Shown here piece by piece: positions 6,565 to 15,243 of a stretch of DNA of 17,034 bases (positions within the stretch are counted from its first letter, which is position 1; each line of letters begins with the position of its first letter). The stretch comes from a bacterium (GTDB lineage: Bacteria > Sysuimicrobiota > Sysuimicrobiia > Sysuimicrobiales > Kaftiobacteriaceae): contig JBIOWP010000045.1 of assembly GCA_044868695.1 (NCBI GenBank), positions 1 to 17,034 on the forward strand, written 5' to 3'. A program made the translations under genes and the position numbers. The notes beneath the pieces were generated by a model that saw nothing but the letters and a program-made list of their open reading frames with translations, did no database searches and was not told the origin of the DNA.

Positions 6565-7350
6565 ATGCGTCTCCCCATGATTACCGCGGCCAGAGAGAAA
6601 CGAAGCTGGTTCACGGAAAGCATCGCCGTCGGGGCGATCCCCGTAATGGCGTACCTGCTGGCCTTTGGATTTGAGTACGGGTACTACCTGGTCTACGGGT
6701 TCCCCCAAGAGCTCATTGACATCGACTTGAACCGGGTGTTCATGGCCGGCATCATTTTCCTTGCCGGGGTCCTATTCGTCCTCGTCGAGACAACCCTCGT
6801 GCTGATGCTCCTCCCCAGTGAGCACCCCCTCGGGCCGGCGATGGCGCGGGCGGTCACGTATGTGCTGGCCTACCTGATCTTTCTGATTATTTTCGGCCGG
6901 CTGGACATTTTTGGGTGGATCTTTGGGGTCATGGTGGCCTGGTATCTCATCTACAAGTTCGCGGGACCCGTGCTGACACAGCGTAAGGTCCCTGGATACC
7001 TGCAGAAGTTTCGCGCCCACGAGCAGATGCTCCAGACCAAGGCCACGTTGCTCCACGCGGCGCTCCGTACCTTCGGGGCTACGCCCGGGAATGTGCTCGT
7101 CTATTTCCTCATCGCCTTTGTCCTCTCGGTGACATTCGGATGGTATCTGGCGACGGAACGGGTGTACTACCTCGTGGTTCCAGGCCAACCTGAACGGGTC
7201 GTCCTGCGAATCTACGGCGACTCGATCGTCCTCGCCCGGCTGGATCGGCCCGGGCGGCGCATCCTCCGCGAATACACGGTGTTCCGGCGCACCACCGGGG
7301 CGATCACCCTCCGGGAAGAACGCATCGGACCGCTCGCGGTAGAGCGCTGA
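6565..7350 (+). CDS. Hypothetical multi-pass membrane protein (~6 TM) with a C-terminal soluble segment
   Basis: Several hydrophobic stretches and coding-like codon usage. The start is ATG 6565 or 6578. No family recognised. Confidence 0.7.
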   Translation: MRLPMITAAREKRSWFTESIAVGAIPVMAYLLAFGFEYGYYLVYGFPQELIDIDLNRVFMAGIIFLAGVLFVLVETTLVLMLLPSEHPLGPAMARAVTYVLAYLIFLIIFGRLDIFGWIFGVMVAWYLIYKFAGPVLTQRKVPGYLQKFRAHEQMLQTKATLLHAALRTFGATPGNVLVYFLIAFVLSVTFGWYLATERVYYLVVPGQPERVVLRIYGDSIVLARLDRPGRRILREYTVFRRTTGAITLREERIGPLAVER

Positions 7351-7373
7351 GGGGTTCCAAGCGGAGTTTCGCG

Positions 7374-7379
7374 TATAAT
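7374..7379 (+). promoter_or_regulatory. Consensus -10 box TATAAT for the tRNA
   Basis: A perfect TATAAT in GC-rich DNA, 7 nt before the tRNA 5' end. Confidence 0.55.
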
Positions 7380-7386
7380 TGGACCC

Positions 7387-7477
7387 GGAGGGGTGCAGGG
7401 AACCTGGCTATCCGGGCGGTCTTGAAAACCGCTGGGCCGCAAGGCCCGTGTGGGTTCGAATCCCACCCCCTCCGCCA
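7387..7477 (+). tRNA. tRNA-Ser (anticodon UGA)
   Basis: Acceptor GGAGGGG/CCCCTCC, G discriminator and encoded CCA. Anticodon arm GCGGT-ctTGAaa-ACCGC, long variable arm GGGCC-gcaa-GGCCC, T-arm GTGGG-TTCGAAT-CCCAC. Confidence 0.95.
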
Positions 7478-7582
7478 GTTAGGAAATGAAGTCATTGGCC
7501 GTTTTTCGGGGAAATTTCAAGCCGTTTTGAATTCAGCACAAAGTTCGAGTTCGAAATTATTAAGAATGAAGGACAAGACACT

Positions 7583-8179
7583 ATGAGAAAACTTATCATC
7601 ACAGAGTTTATGACACTCGACGGCGTCATACAGGCGCCCGGCGGCCCCGAAGAAGATACTAGCGGGGGGTTTAGATATGGTGGCTGGATTGTTCCTTACG
7701 GTGACGAATTTTTCGGCAAAGTCATGTCTGAACAAATGAAAGGCCCGTTTGAGCTTTTGCTCGGCAGAAAAACATACGAAATTTTCGCATCGTACTGGCC
7801 TCACCACAGCGAGGCCTGGCCCGGTATCAATGAGGCAAAAAAGTATGTCGCTTCGCATGAAGACATGAAATTTGAATGGGAAAATTCCATTCTTCTAAAA
7901 GAGAATGTTGTGGAAGAGATAAGAAAGCTCAAATCGCAGAATGGACCGGATTTGAAAGTCTGGGGCAGCGGCAATCTCGTTCAAATACTTTTGAAAAACG
8001 ATCTTGTCGATGAATTATGGCTAAAAATATTTCCTATCATGCTTGGTTCGGGAAAACGTTTGTTTGCTGAAGGCACTATTCCTGCTGCCTTTGCATTGCA
8101 TGATTCAAAAACCTCGCCAAAAGGAGTTATCATAGCCTCCTACAAACGCGCGGGAGAAGTAAGAACCGGCTCGTTTTAA
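7583..8179 (+). CDS. Dihydrofolate reductase-like / RibD C-terminal domain protein on a low-GC islet
   Basis: Motifs MRKLIITEFMTLDGVIQAPGGPEED, LLLGRKTYEIF, VWGSGNLVQ and DLVDELWLKIFPIMLGSGKRLF. Confidence 0.92.
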   Translation: MRKLIITEFMTLDGVIQAPGGPEEDTSGGFRYGGWIVPYGDEFFGKVMSEQMKGPFELLLGRKTYEIFASYWPHHSEAWPGINEAKKYVASHEDMKFEWENSILLKENVVEEIRKLKSQNGPDLKVWGSGNLVQILLKNDLVDELWLKIFPIMLGSGKRLFAEGTIPAAFALHDSKTSPKGVIIASYKRAGEVRTGSF

Positions 8180-8226
8180 GGCAAAGAGAATTTGCCGCCA
8201 AAGAAAACCTGAAATAAGAGGTAGAT

Positions 8227-8739
8227 GTGCGGTTCTATCTGCCGCGGTGGGGAGCCGTGGCGCTGTGGAGCATCCTCCTCCCGCTCTTCCACGCCGGGTT
8301 CCCGTGGGTGCTGTCTCACCTCGGTGCACATCTGGGGTGGACAGAGGGAATACCTTCGACGTGGAACCGGCTGGGGCTGGTACCGGTTGCCTCCGGCTTC
8401 GGTCTCATCGCGTGGGCCATGGAGCGCCACTACGACCGCCACCCGGCAGGCTGGACGTTCGACGGCAGGCGCTCCAGCCTCCTGAGACCAGACGCGCTCC
8501 TCACCGACGGACCATACCGGTTCAGCCGCAATCCCATGTATGTGGGAGCGCTCTTGATGTGGGCGGGCTGGAGCTGGTTCTACGGCAGCGCCGCCGTAGC
8601 GGCCGGCTTCGCGCTCCTGCTCCTCTACCTGGTGTTCATTAAAGTGCCGTCTGAGGAGCGCCAGGTAGCGTCGGTGTTCGGGGACGCGTACCTCGCGTAC
8701 ACTCGGCGGGTCCCGCGTTGGATCGGCGGGCGGAGGTAG
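8227..8739 (+). CDS. Isoprenylcysteine carboxyl methyltransferase / phospholipid methyltransferase family membrane protein
   Basis: Motifs LLTDGPYRFSRNPMYVG and EERQVASVFGDAYLAYTRRVPRWI; SD AGAGGT upstream of the GTG. Confidence 0.88.
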   Translation: MRFYLPRWGAVALWSILLPLFHAGFPWVLSHLGAHLGWTEGIPSTWNRLGLVPVASGFGLIAWAMERHYDRHPAGWTFDGRRSSLLRPDALLTDGPYRFSRNPMYVGALLMWAGWSWFYGSAAVAAGFALLLLYLVFIKVPSEERQVASVFGDAYLAYTRRVPRWIGGRR

Positions 8740-8766
8740 TTCCCCCGGGACGGAGAACTGCTCGGC

Positions 8767-9684
8767 GTGCAATTCCCCGAACGGCTGCGGGCTCGACGGT
8801 TGGTCGTGGGCGAGCGGTTCCTGGGGCCGCTGCTGCTGGCCCCCGCGATCGTCTACATCCTTGCGCTCGTCGGTCTCCCCCTGCTGTTCGCCACCTACCT
8901 CAGCCTGAGCAACGCGACCACCGGATCGCAGACCCTGACCTACGTGGGCCTGGCCAACTTCGTGCGGGCGGTCCGCAGCCCCATTTTTCGCTCGGCGCTT
9001 GCCAACACGTTCATCTTCACGATCATCTCGCAGATGCTGGTCATCATCTTCGGCAACATCCTTGCGCTCACACTGCAACAGAAATTCCGCGGGCGCTCGA
9101 TTGCGCGGTTCCTGATCCTGCTCCCCTGGGCCACGCCCATTGCGCTGGGCGCGATCGGCTGGAAATGGATGTTCGACTCCCTGTACAGCGTCGTGAACTG
9201 GATGCTGCGGGCCGCCCACATCCTCGGGCCGACGGAGTTTCCGCAGTGGCTGGGGGTCCCGGTGCTGGCCATGGCCTCGGTCATCACCGTGCACGTGTGG
9301 AGAACCTTCCCGTTTTCGGCGGTGGTGATCCTGGCCGGGCTCACCTCGATTCCCCAGGAGATCCTGGATGCCGCCGCGGTCGACGGCGCGGGCTTCTTCC
9401 AGCGGCTATTTCGGATCCTGCTGCCCATGCTACTGCCGATCCTCACTGTGTCGCTGCTGTTCGGAACGGTCTTCACGTTCACCGACATGGGCGTCGTGTA
9501 CATCCTCACCAGCGGCGGGCCCTTCAACAGCACCCACGTGCTCAGCAGCTGGGCGTTTCAGGTGGGGATCGTCGCGGGAGACTTGGCGCAGGGGGCGGCG
9601 GTCGCGCTGTTTCTCCTCCCGGTGCTGCTGGTCGGCGCCGTGGCAATGCTGCGGGTCGTCAGCCGAGCGGAGACGGGGATCTAG
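8767..9684 (+). CDS. Carbohydrate ABC transporter permease (MalF/UgpA-like)
   Basis: YVGLANF, ALANTFIF and the EAA loop SIPQEILDAAAVDGAG. Confidence 0.93.
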   Translation: MQFPERLRARRLVVGERFLGPLLLAPAIVYILALVGLPLLFATYLSLSNATTGSQTLTYVGLANFVRAVRSPIFRSALANTFIFTIISQMLVIIFGNILALTLQQKFRGRSIARFLILLPWATPIALGAIGWKWMFDSLYSVVNWMLRAAHILGPTEFPQWLGVPVLAMASVITVHVWRTFPFSAVVILAGLTSIPQEILDAAAVDGAGFFQRLFRILLPMLLPILTVSLLFGTVFTFTDMGVVYILTSGGPFNSTHVLSSWAFQVGIVAGDLAQGAAVALFLLPVLLVGAVAMLRVVSRAETGI

Positions 9685-10533
9685 ATGCCTTCGCATCGGT
9701 GGATGAGGTTCGCGAACCGGCTACCGCTGTACGTGTCGACGGCATGGTTTACGTTCTTCGCCGCCTTCCCGTTCGCGTGGATGGCGATTACGGCCTTCAA
9801 GCGCAACAGCGACCTGTACAACATCCACAACAACCCATTCCTATTTAATGAACCCCCCACCCTGCAGCACATGGAACTGCTCTTCGGGGGGACCCTATTC
9901 ACGCGCTGGCTGTGGAACACCGGGTTCGTCGCGACGCTGGTCGTCATCATTACCCTGCTTGCCGCCGTCCCGGCCGGCTACAGCCTGGCCCGGCTGGCCC
10001 GGGGGTGGGGGCGGCGGCTGGGCATCGGCATCTTTCTGACGTACCTGGTCCCGCCGTCCCTGCTGTTCATCCCACTGTCGCGGGTCATCGCGGAGCTGCG
10101 GCTGCAGGACAACCTGTGGGCGCTGGTGCTCGTGTACCCCACGTTCACCATCCCCTTCTGCACCTGGCTGCTCATGGGGTTCTTCAAGTCGATTCCCGCG
10201 GAACTCGAGGAGGCGGCGATGGTCGACGGCTGCACGCGGCTGGGCGCGCTGCGGCGGATCGTCTTGCCGATTTCCGTCGCCGGCCTGCTCACCGTCGTCA
10301 TCTTCGCCTTCACCCTGTCGATGCAGGAGTTTGTGTATGCCCTCACCTTCATCTCCCCGTCGGCCCAGAAGACGGTCGGCATCGGCGTGCCGACCGACCT
10401 GGTCCGCGGCGACGTCTTCTACTGGGGGTCGCTCATGGGCGGAGCGCTGTTCAGCAGCGTCCCGGTCGCCGTCCTCTACAGCCTGTTTCTGGACCGATTC
10501 ATTGCAGGATTGACCGCGGGGGCGTTCAAATAA
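9685..10533 (+). CDS. Carbohydrate ABC transporter permease (MalG/UgpE-like)
   Basis: AGYSLAR, the EAA loop FFKSIPAELEEAAMVDGC, and the FIAGLTAGAFK C-terminus. Confidence 0.93.
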   Translation: MPSHRWMRFANRLPLYVSTAWFTFFAAFPFAWMAITAFKRNSDLYNIHNNPFLFNEPPTLQHMELLFGGTLFTRWLWNTGFVATLVVIITLLAAVPAGYSLARLARGWGRRLGIGIFLTYLVPPSLLFIPLSRVIAELRLQDNLWALVLVYPTFTIPFCTWLLMGFFKSIPAELEEAAMVDGCTRLGALRRIVLPISVAGLLTVVIFAFTLSMQEFVYALTFISPSAQKTVGIGVPTDLVRGDVFYWGSLMGGALFSSVPVAVLYSLFLDRFIAGLTAGAFK

Positions 10534-10585
10534 CCCAGCGTTCCGCGAGTGTGCATTCACTGACGTCCACAGGAGGTGCGCGGCG

Positions 10586-11980
10586 GTGGGTGATGAGGCA
10601 GGGGGGAAGTGGGTCAAGGTCTCAGACGGCCGCTGGCGTCTGGTCAGCCGGCGGCAGTTCCTCAAGATTGCGGCTGCCGGCGCCGCGGCGACCGGCCTGT
10701 GGCCGTATCTCAACGTACGGGCCTGGGCGCAGCAGCGGCGGCTCTCGATCCTCCACTGGAGCCATTTCGTGCCGGGCTACGACAAGTGGTTCGACACGGA
10801 GTATGTCAAGGAATGGGGCAAGGCCAACGACGTCGAGGTCGTGGTCGATCACATTCCCTTCGGGCAGATCCCGGCCCGTGCCGCGGCGGAGGTGGCCGCG
10901 CGCAGCGGTCATGACCTCTACCAGCACATCTCGCCCGCCGCGGTCCTCGAACCCGAGACGGAGGACATGGGCGACATCGTCGAGCCGCTGGAAAAGAAAT
11001 ACGGAATGATTGAGCTGGCTCGCCGCAGCACGTACAACCCGAAAACCAAGAAGTGGTTCGCGCTCTCAAACTCCTGGGTGCCGGACCCCGGCCACTACCG
11101 AAAGGATCTGTTCGACCAGGCCGGGTACGTGCCGGACTCCTGGGACAACGTCCTGCAGGCGGGGCGGAAGGTCAAGGCGATGGGCGTCCCGATCGGCATC
11201 GGCATCTCGAACGACATCGACGCCAACTACGTGCTGCGGGACGTCATCTGGTCATACGGCGGGACGACGCAGAACCAATCCGGCGAGGTCGTCATCAACA
11301 GCCGGAATACCGTCGAGGCCGTCCGGTTCGTGCGCGCATTGTTCAAAGAAGCGATGGATCCCGAGGTGCTGGCCTGGGACGCCAGCAGCAACAACCGGGC
11401 GATGCTCGCCGGCAAGGTGTCCTACGTCTTCAACGCCATCTCGATCGCGCGGACCGCGGAGAAAGATTTCCCCGATCTCGCCTCCAAGATCCAGATCTGG
11501 AAGCCGCCGCGAGGTCCACAGATGCTGGGGGGCAGGCGGCTGGGCGCTCAGCACGTCATCTTGGCCTACATGATCTGGAGATTCACACCGCCGGAGCGGA
11601 AACGGCTGGCCAAGCAGTTCCTGGTGGATTTCATCAACACCTGGCCGCGTGCGTTTGAGGCGGCCGAGCTGTACGAGTTCCCGTCGTTTGTCGGCACCGT
11701 GCCGAACCTGAAACCCAGGGTCAGCAGCGACCCCGCGGCCGCGAAGTTCGGCCAGGCCGACAAATACAAGGAACTGGTCAACTCGCCCCAGTGGAGCACC
11801 AACGTCGGGCATCCGGGGTACGCCAACGCCGCGGAGGCGGAGGTCTTCGACACCTTCCTCATCCCGCAGATGTTCGCGCTGGCCGCCACCGACCGGATGT
11901 CACCGGAGGATGCCGTCAAGTGGGCCGAGGCCCAGATGAAGCCGGTCTGGACCAAGTGGACGTCCCGCGGGCTCATGTAG
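10586..11980 (+). CDS. Carbohydrate ABC transporter substrate-binding protein with twin-arginine signal
   Basis: SD AGGAGGT; SRRQFLK plus a hydrophobic stretch and an AWA cleavage site; family-1 SBP features (HWSHFVP, YRKDLF, SYGG). Confidence 0.9.
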   Translation: MGDEAGGKWVKVSDGRWRLVSRRQFLKIAAAGAAATGLWPYLNVRAWAQQRRLSILHWSHFVPGYDKWFDTEYVKEWGKANDVEVVVDHIPFGQIPARAAAEVAARSGHDLYQHISPAAVLEPETEDMGDIVEPLEKKYGMIELARRSTYNPKTKKWFALSNSWVPDPGHYRKDLFDQAGYVPDSWDNVLQAGRKVKAMGVPIGIGISNDIDANYVLRDVIWSYGGTTQNQSGEVVINSRNTVEAVRFVRALFKEAMDPEVLAWDASSNNRAMLAGKVSYVFNAISIARTAEKDFPDLASKIQIWKPPRGPQMLGGRRLGAQHVILAYMIWRFTPPERKRLAKQFLVDFINTWPRAFEAAELYEFPSFVGTVPNLKPRVSSDPAAAKFGQADKYKELVNSPQWSTNVGHPGYANAAEAEVFDTFLIPQMFALAATDRMSPEDAVKWAEAQMKPVWTKWTSRGLM

Positions 11981-11992
11981 CTGACAGCGGAC

Positions 11993-12871
11993 GTGATCCA
12001 TCCTGAGACGTCGCTCGGCGCGGTGAGCCTGACGGTGTCGGCGCTGGAGCGCTCGCTCCAGTTCTACACGGACACATTGGGATTCAGCGTCCGCCGCCGC
12101 GGGGACGGGACGGCGGAACTGGGGACCGAGGCTCTGGCGTTGCTCCATCTGCGGGAGCAGCCGGGGGCTCACCGGAAGCCGCCGCACACCACCGGCCTGT
12201 ACCACTACGCCATTCTGGTGCCGGGCCGCGCGGATCTCGCCCGGGCACTCCAGCGGCTGGCCGGTGTCCGCTATCCGATTGACGGCGCGTCGGACCATCT
12301 GGTCAGTGAGGCGCTCTACCTCGCCGATCCCGACGGGCACGGCATCGAAATCTACGCCGACCGGCCGCGCAGCACGTGGCCGACGCTCGACGGGCAGCTG
12401 CGCATGGATACGCTTCCTCTGGATGTCGACAGCTTGATGGCCGAGCCGGCGGCCGATCCCCGCCCGTGGACCGGTCTGCCGGCCGGGACCCGCATCGGCC
12501 ACGTCCACCTGCACGTGTCGGATCTGCGGGCGGCCGAGGCATTTTACCGCGAGGTGATAGGGTTCGAGCTCATGGTCCGATACGGGAACAGCGCGAGCTT
12601 CCTTTCGGCCGGCGGGTATCACCACCATATCGGAATCAATACGTGGGCTGGGGCCGGCGCACCGCCGCCGCCCTCTGACTGCGTCGGCCTGCTGCATTTC
12701 ACGATTCTGCTTCCTGATGCCGACGAGATCGCCGGGGTGGCCGCACGCGCAACGGCTGCGCAAATACCGGTGGAGGGAGTGCAGGGCGGCGTGCTGCTGC
12801 GGGACCCGTCACACAATGCAATGCAGCTCACGCTCGCCGACCGGCCCGCGAGGCTGGCACAACGACACTAG
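11993..12871 (+). CDS. VOC family protein, CatE-like catechol 2,3-dioxygenase/glyoxalase
   Basis: Motifs TGLYHYAIL, DHLVSEALYLADPDGHGIEIYADRP, IGHVHLHVSDL and FLSAGGYHHHIGINTW. Confidence 0.88.
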   Translation: MIHPETSLGAVSLTVSALERSLQFYTDTLGFSVRRRGDGTAELGTEALALLHLREQPGAHRKPPHTTGLYHYAILVPGRADLARALQRLAGVRYPIDGASDHLVSEALYLADPDGHGIEIYADRPRSTWPTLDGQLRMDTLPLDVDSLMAEPAADPRPWTGLPAGTRIGHVHLHVSDLRAAEAFYREVIGFELMVRYGNSASFLSAGGYHHHIGINTWAGAGAPPPPSDCVGLLHFTILLPDADEIAGVAARATAAQIPVEGVQGGVLLRDPSHNAMQLTLADRPARLAQRH

Positions 12872-12881
12872 GGGGGATGTC

Positions 12882-13403
12882 ATGGCGATTGCGAATCGGA
12901 TGATGCGCGCGGCGCGGCTCGACCCGCACGTCTACGAAGAGGTCGAGGCGAATCCCGCGCTCGCAGGCGAGGCCATGACGGCCGTCATCATTTCCGCGGT
13001 CGCAGCCGGCGTCGGATGGTACGCGTACGGCGGCGTCCGGGGATTTCTGCTGACGGCGCTCGCGGCTCTGGCCAGCTGGTATCTGTGGGCCAATCTGACG
13101 TTTTGGATCGGCACGCGCCTGCTGCCGGGCCGGCAGACGCACGCGGACCTCGGCCAGCTCCTGCGGGTCCTCGGGTTCGCTAGTGCGCCGGGCGTGCTGC
13201 GGGCGGCCGGGATCGTCCAGCCGCTGGCGAATACGGCGCAGGCCGTGGCGAACATCTGGATGCTGGTGGCCATGGTCGTGGCCGTGCGGCAGGCCCTCGA
13301 CTACGATTCCACTTGGCGCGCGCTGGCCGTGGTCGTCATCGGCTGGGTCGTCCAGGTGGTCGCCCTCTATGGTGTATTCTTCCTGCTGGGCGGCGGCAGG
13401 TAG
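12882..13403 (+). CDS. Yip1-domain membrane protein
   Basis: RMMRAARLDPHVYEEVEA, LLRVLGFASAPG and VVAVRQALDYDSTWRA; SD GGGGGA before ATG 12882. Confidence 0.75.
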   Translation: MAIANRMMRAARLDPHVYEEVEANPALAGEAMTAVIISAVAAGVGWYAYGGVRGFLLTALAALASWYLWANLTFWIGTRLLPGRQTHADLGQLLRVLGFASAPGVLRAAGIVQPLANTAQAVANIWMLVAMVVAVRQALDYDSTWRALAVVVIGWVVQVVALYGVFFLLGGGR

Positions 13404-13449
13404 GATCTGCCGCCGAAACGCGTGGAGGACCGGAAGGGGGGTGAGACCA

Positions 13450-13494
13450 GTGGCAAAGAAGAAGAAGGCCAAGAAGAAGAAGATGAAGATGTAG
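13450..13494 (+). CDS. Lys-rich micro-ORF MAKKKKAKKKKMKM (14 aa), not called as a separate ORF in the track
   Basis: Strong SD AGGGGGGTGA 5 nt before the GTG, nine AAG codons, and a TAG stop. Confidence 0.6.
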   Translation: MAKKKKAKKKKMKM

Positions 13495-13512
13495 CGGGTC
13501 GTTGCAGTCCGC

Positions 13513-13546
13513 ACGCGCGGCGATCGATGCCTCGGTCGCCGCGCGT
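13513..13546 (+). terminator. Strong 15-bp GC hairpin with no U-tract (terminator, attenuator or stabiliser)
   Basis: ACGCGCGGCGATCGA-tgcc-TCGGTCGCCGCGCGT, with one G-U pair. Confidence 0.6.
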
Positions 13547-13598
13547 CCGTTGCCCTGACACTTCCTCACCGAACCACCGAAAGTTTCGGAGGACGCCG

Positions 13599-15149
13599 AT
13601 GGCGCTGCCTGAGTTTCGCAATGAGCCGTTCACTGATTTCTCTGCCGACGCGAACCGCGCCGCGATGCAGGAGGCGCTGCGGGCGGTGGCCGCCCAGCTG
13701 GGGAAGGCGTTTCCCCTCGTCATCGGCGGGCAGCGCGTGACCACCAAGGACACATTCACATCACTTAACCCCTCGCAAAAAGATGAGACCGTGGCGGTGT
13801 GCCAGAGCGCCACGGCGGACCACGTGCAAGCGGGAGTCGCCGCCGCGGAACGAGCCTTCGCGTCCTGGTCACGCATTCCGGCCGAAGAGCGCGCGGCGAT
13901 CGTGCTCCGGGCGGCGGACTGGCTGCGGAAGCGCAAGTACGTCGCCGAGGCATGGCAGGTGTATGAGGTCGGGAAGAACTGGGGCGAAGCGGACGGCGAT
14001 GTCGCCGAGACGATCGATCACCTGGAGTTCTTCGCCCGCGAGGCCCTCCGGTACGCGCGCGGCCAGGCGCTGGCGCCGCACGCGTATGAGGTCAGCGAGT
14101 ACGTCTACCTGCCGCTGGGTGTGGTGGCGGTGATCCCGCCGTGGAACTTCCCGCTGGCGATCCCCGTCGGCATGGCCTCGGCGGCGATCGCGGCTGGGAA
14201 CACCGTCGTCATGAAACCGAGCTCCGATTCGCCGGCCAACGCCTACCTCTTTCTCGAGGCGATGGAGGCGGCGGGGCTGCCGCCGGGTGTGCTCAATATC
14301 GTCACCGGGTCCGGCGCCGCCGCCGGCAATCCGCTGGTCCAGCACCCGCGCGTGCGCATGGTGGCGTTCACCGGCAGCAAAGAGGTCGGGATCCGCCTCT
14401 ACGAGCAGACCGCGAAGGTCCAATCCGGGCAGATCTGGCTCAAACGCTGCATCGCAGAGATGGGCGGCAAGAATGCCGTGGTCATCGACGACGAAGCTGA
14501 CCTCGAGGAGGCGGTCGCCGCCGCGGTGACCTCCGGCTACGGGTTTCAAGGGCAAAAGTGCTCCGCCGGATCCCGTCTGGTGGCCACCGCGTCGATCTAC
14601 AGGGACGTCGTCGAGGCGTTCGTCGAGAAAGTCCGGGCGCTGGAGCAGGGTCCCGCGAAGGACAACTACCCGTCGGGCCCGGTGATCAACGCGGCCGCGC
14701 AGCGGAAGATCATGGAATACATTCAGGTTGGCAAAGGCGAGGGGCGTCTGATGGCCGGCGGAGAGCCCGGCGATGGCGCCGGCCATTACGTGCAGCCGAC
14801 GGTCTTTGTGGACGTCGCCCCGAAGGCGCGCATCGCCCAGGAGGAGATCTTCGGACCCGTGGTCAGCGTCATCAAAGCCAGGGACTTCGACGATGCGCTG
14901 GCCATCGCCAACGCCACGGAGTTCGGGCTCACCGGCGCGGTCTTTTCCCGCAATCCGGAGAAGCTGGCCCGCGCGCGCCGGGAGTTCTTCTGCGGCAATC
15001 TCTACCTCAATCGCAAAAGCACGGGCGCCCTGGTCGGTGTGCATCCCTTCGGCGGGTTCAACATGAGCGGGACGGATGCGAAGGTGGGCGGACCGGACTA
15101 TCTGCTGTACTTCCTGCAGCCCAAGGTGGTGTCGACAAAACACCGGTAA
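13599..15149 (+). CDS. pruA: L-glutamate gamma-semialdehyde (delta-1-pyrroline-5-carboxylate) dehydrogenase, RocA/PruA type
   Basis: Motifs [48 protein letters not shown] and [29 protein letters not shown] before ATG 13599. Confidence 0.92.
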   Translation: MALPEFRNEPFTDFSADANRAAMQEALRAVAAQLGKAFPLVIGGQRVTTKDTFTSLNPSQKDETVAVCQSATADHVQAGVAAAERAFASWSRIPAEERAAIVLRAADWLRKRKYVAEAWQVYEVGKNWGEADGDVAETIDHLEFFAREALRYARGQALAPHAYEVSEYVYLPLGVVAVIPPWNFPLAIPVGMASAAIAAGNTVVMKPSSDSPANAYLFLEAMEAAGLPPGVLNIVTGSGAAAGNPLVQHPRVRMVAFTGSKEVGIRLYEQTAKVQSGQIWLKRCIAEMGGKNAVVIDDEADLEEAVAAAVTSGYGFQGQKCSAGSRLVATASIYRDVVEAFVEKVRALEQGPAKDNYPSGPVINAAAQRKIMEYIQVGKGEGRLMAGGEPGDGAGHYVQPTVFVDVAPKARIAQEEIFGPVVSVIKARDFDDALAIANATEFGLTGAVFSRNPEKLARARREFFCGNLYLNRKSTGALVGVHPFGGFNMSGTDAKVGGPDYLLYFLQPKVVSTKHR

Positions 15150-15239
15150 CGGGAAACAGGAAACGGGAAACGGGAAGCAGGAAACGGCAGGGGAGGTTAT
15201 TCTCGCTTGCCAGTTTCCCGTTACCCGCTTCCCGCTTCC
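15145..15239. repeat. Inverted heptamer tandem repeat, (GGAAACG)x6 facing (CGYTTCC)x4, between convergent genes; probable bidirectional terminator
   Basis: GGTAACG GGAAACA GGAAACG GGAAACG GGAAGCA GGAAACG ... AGTTTCC CGTTACC CGCTTCC CGCTTCC. Confidence 0.85.
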
Positions 15240-15243
15240 GGTC

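Noticed and set aside
7387..7477. Selenocysteine or opal-suppressor tRNA
   Set aside because: The anticodon is UGA (reads UCA, Ser), not UCA, and the acceptor/T stems are canonical 7/5.
8195..8200. attR duplication of the tRNA 3' end
   Set aside because: Only 6 bp (CCGCCA) match, which is expected by chance, so it is not called as a feature.
13422..13598. 59-aa acidic N-terminal extension of P5C dehydrogenase (EEEGQEEEDED)
   Set aside because: Family homology begins at ATG 13599, which has its own SD. The acidic run is the Lys-rich micro-ORF read in another frame.
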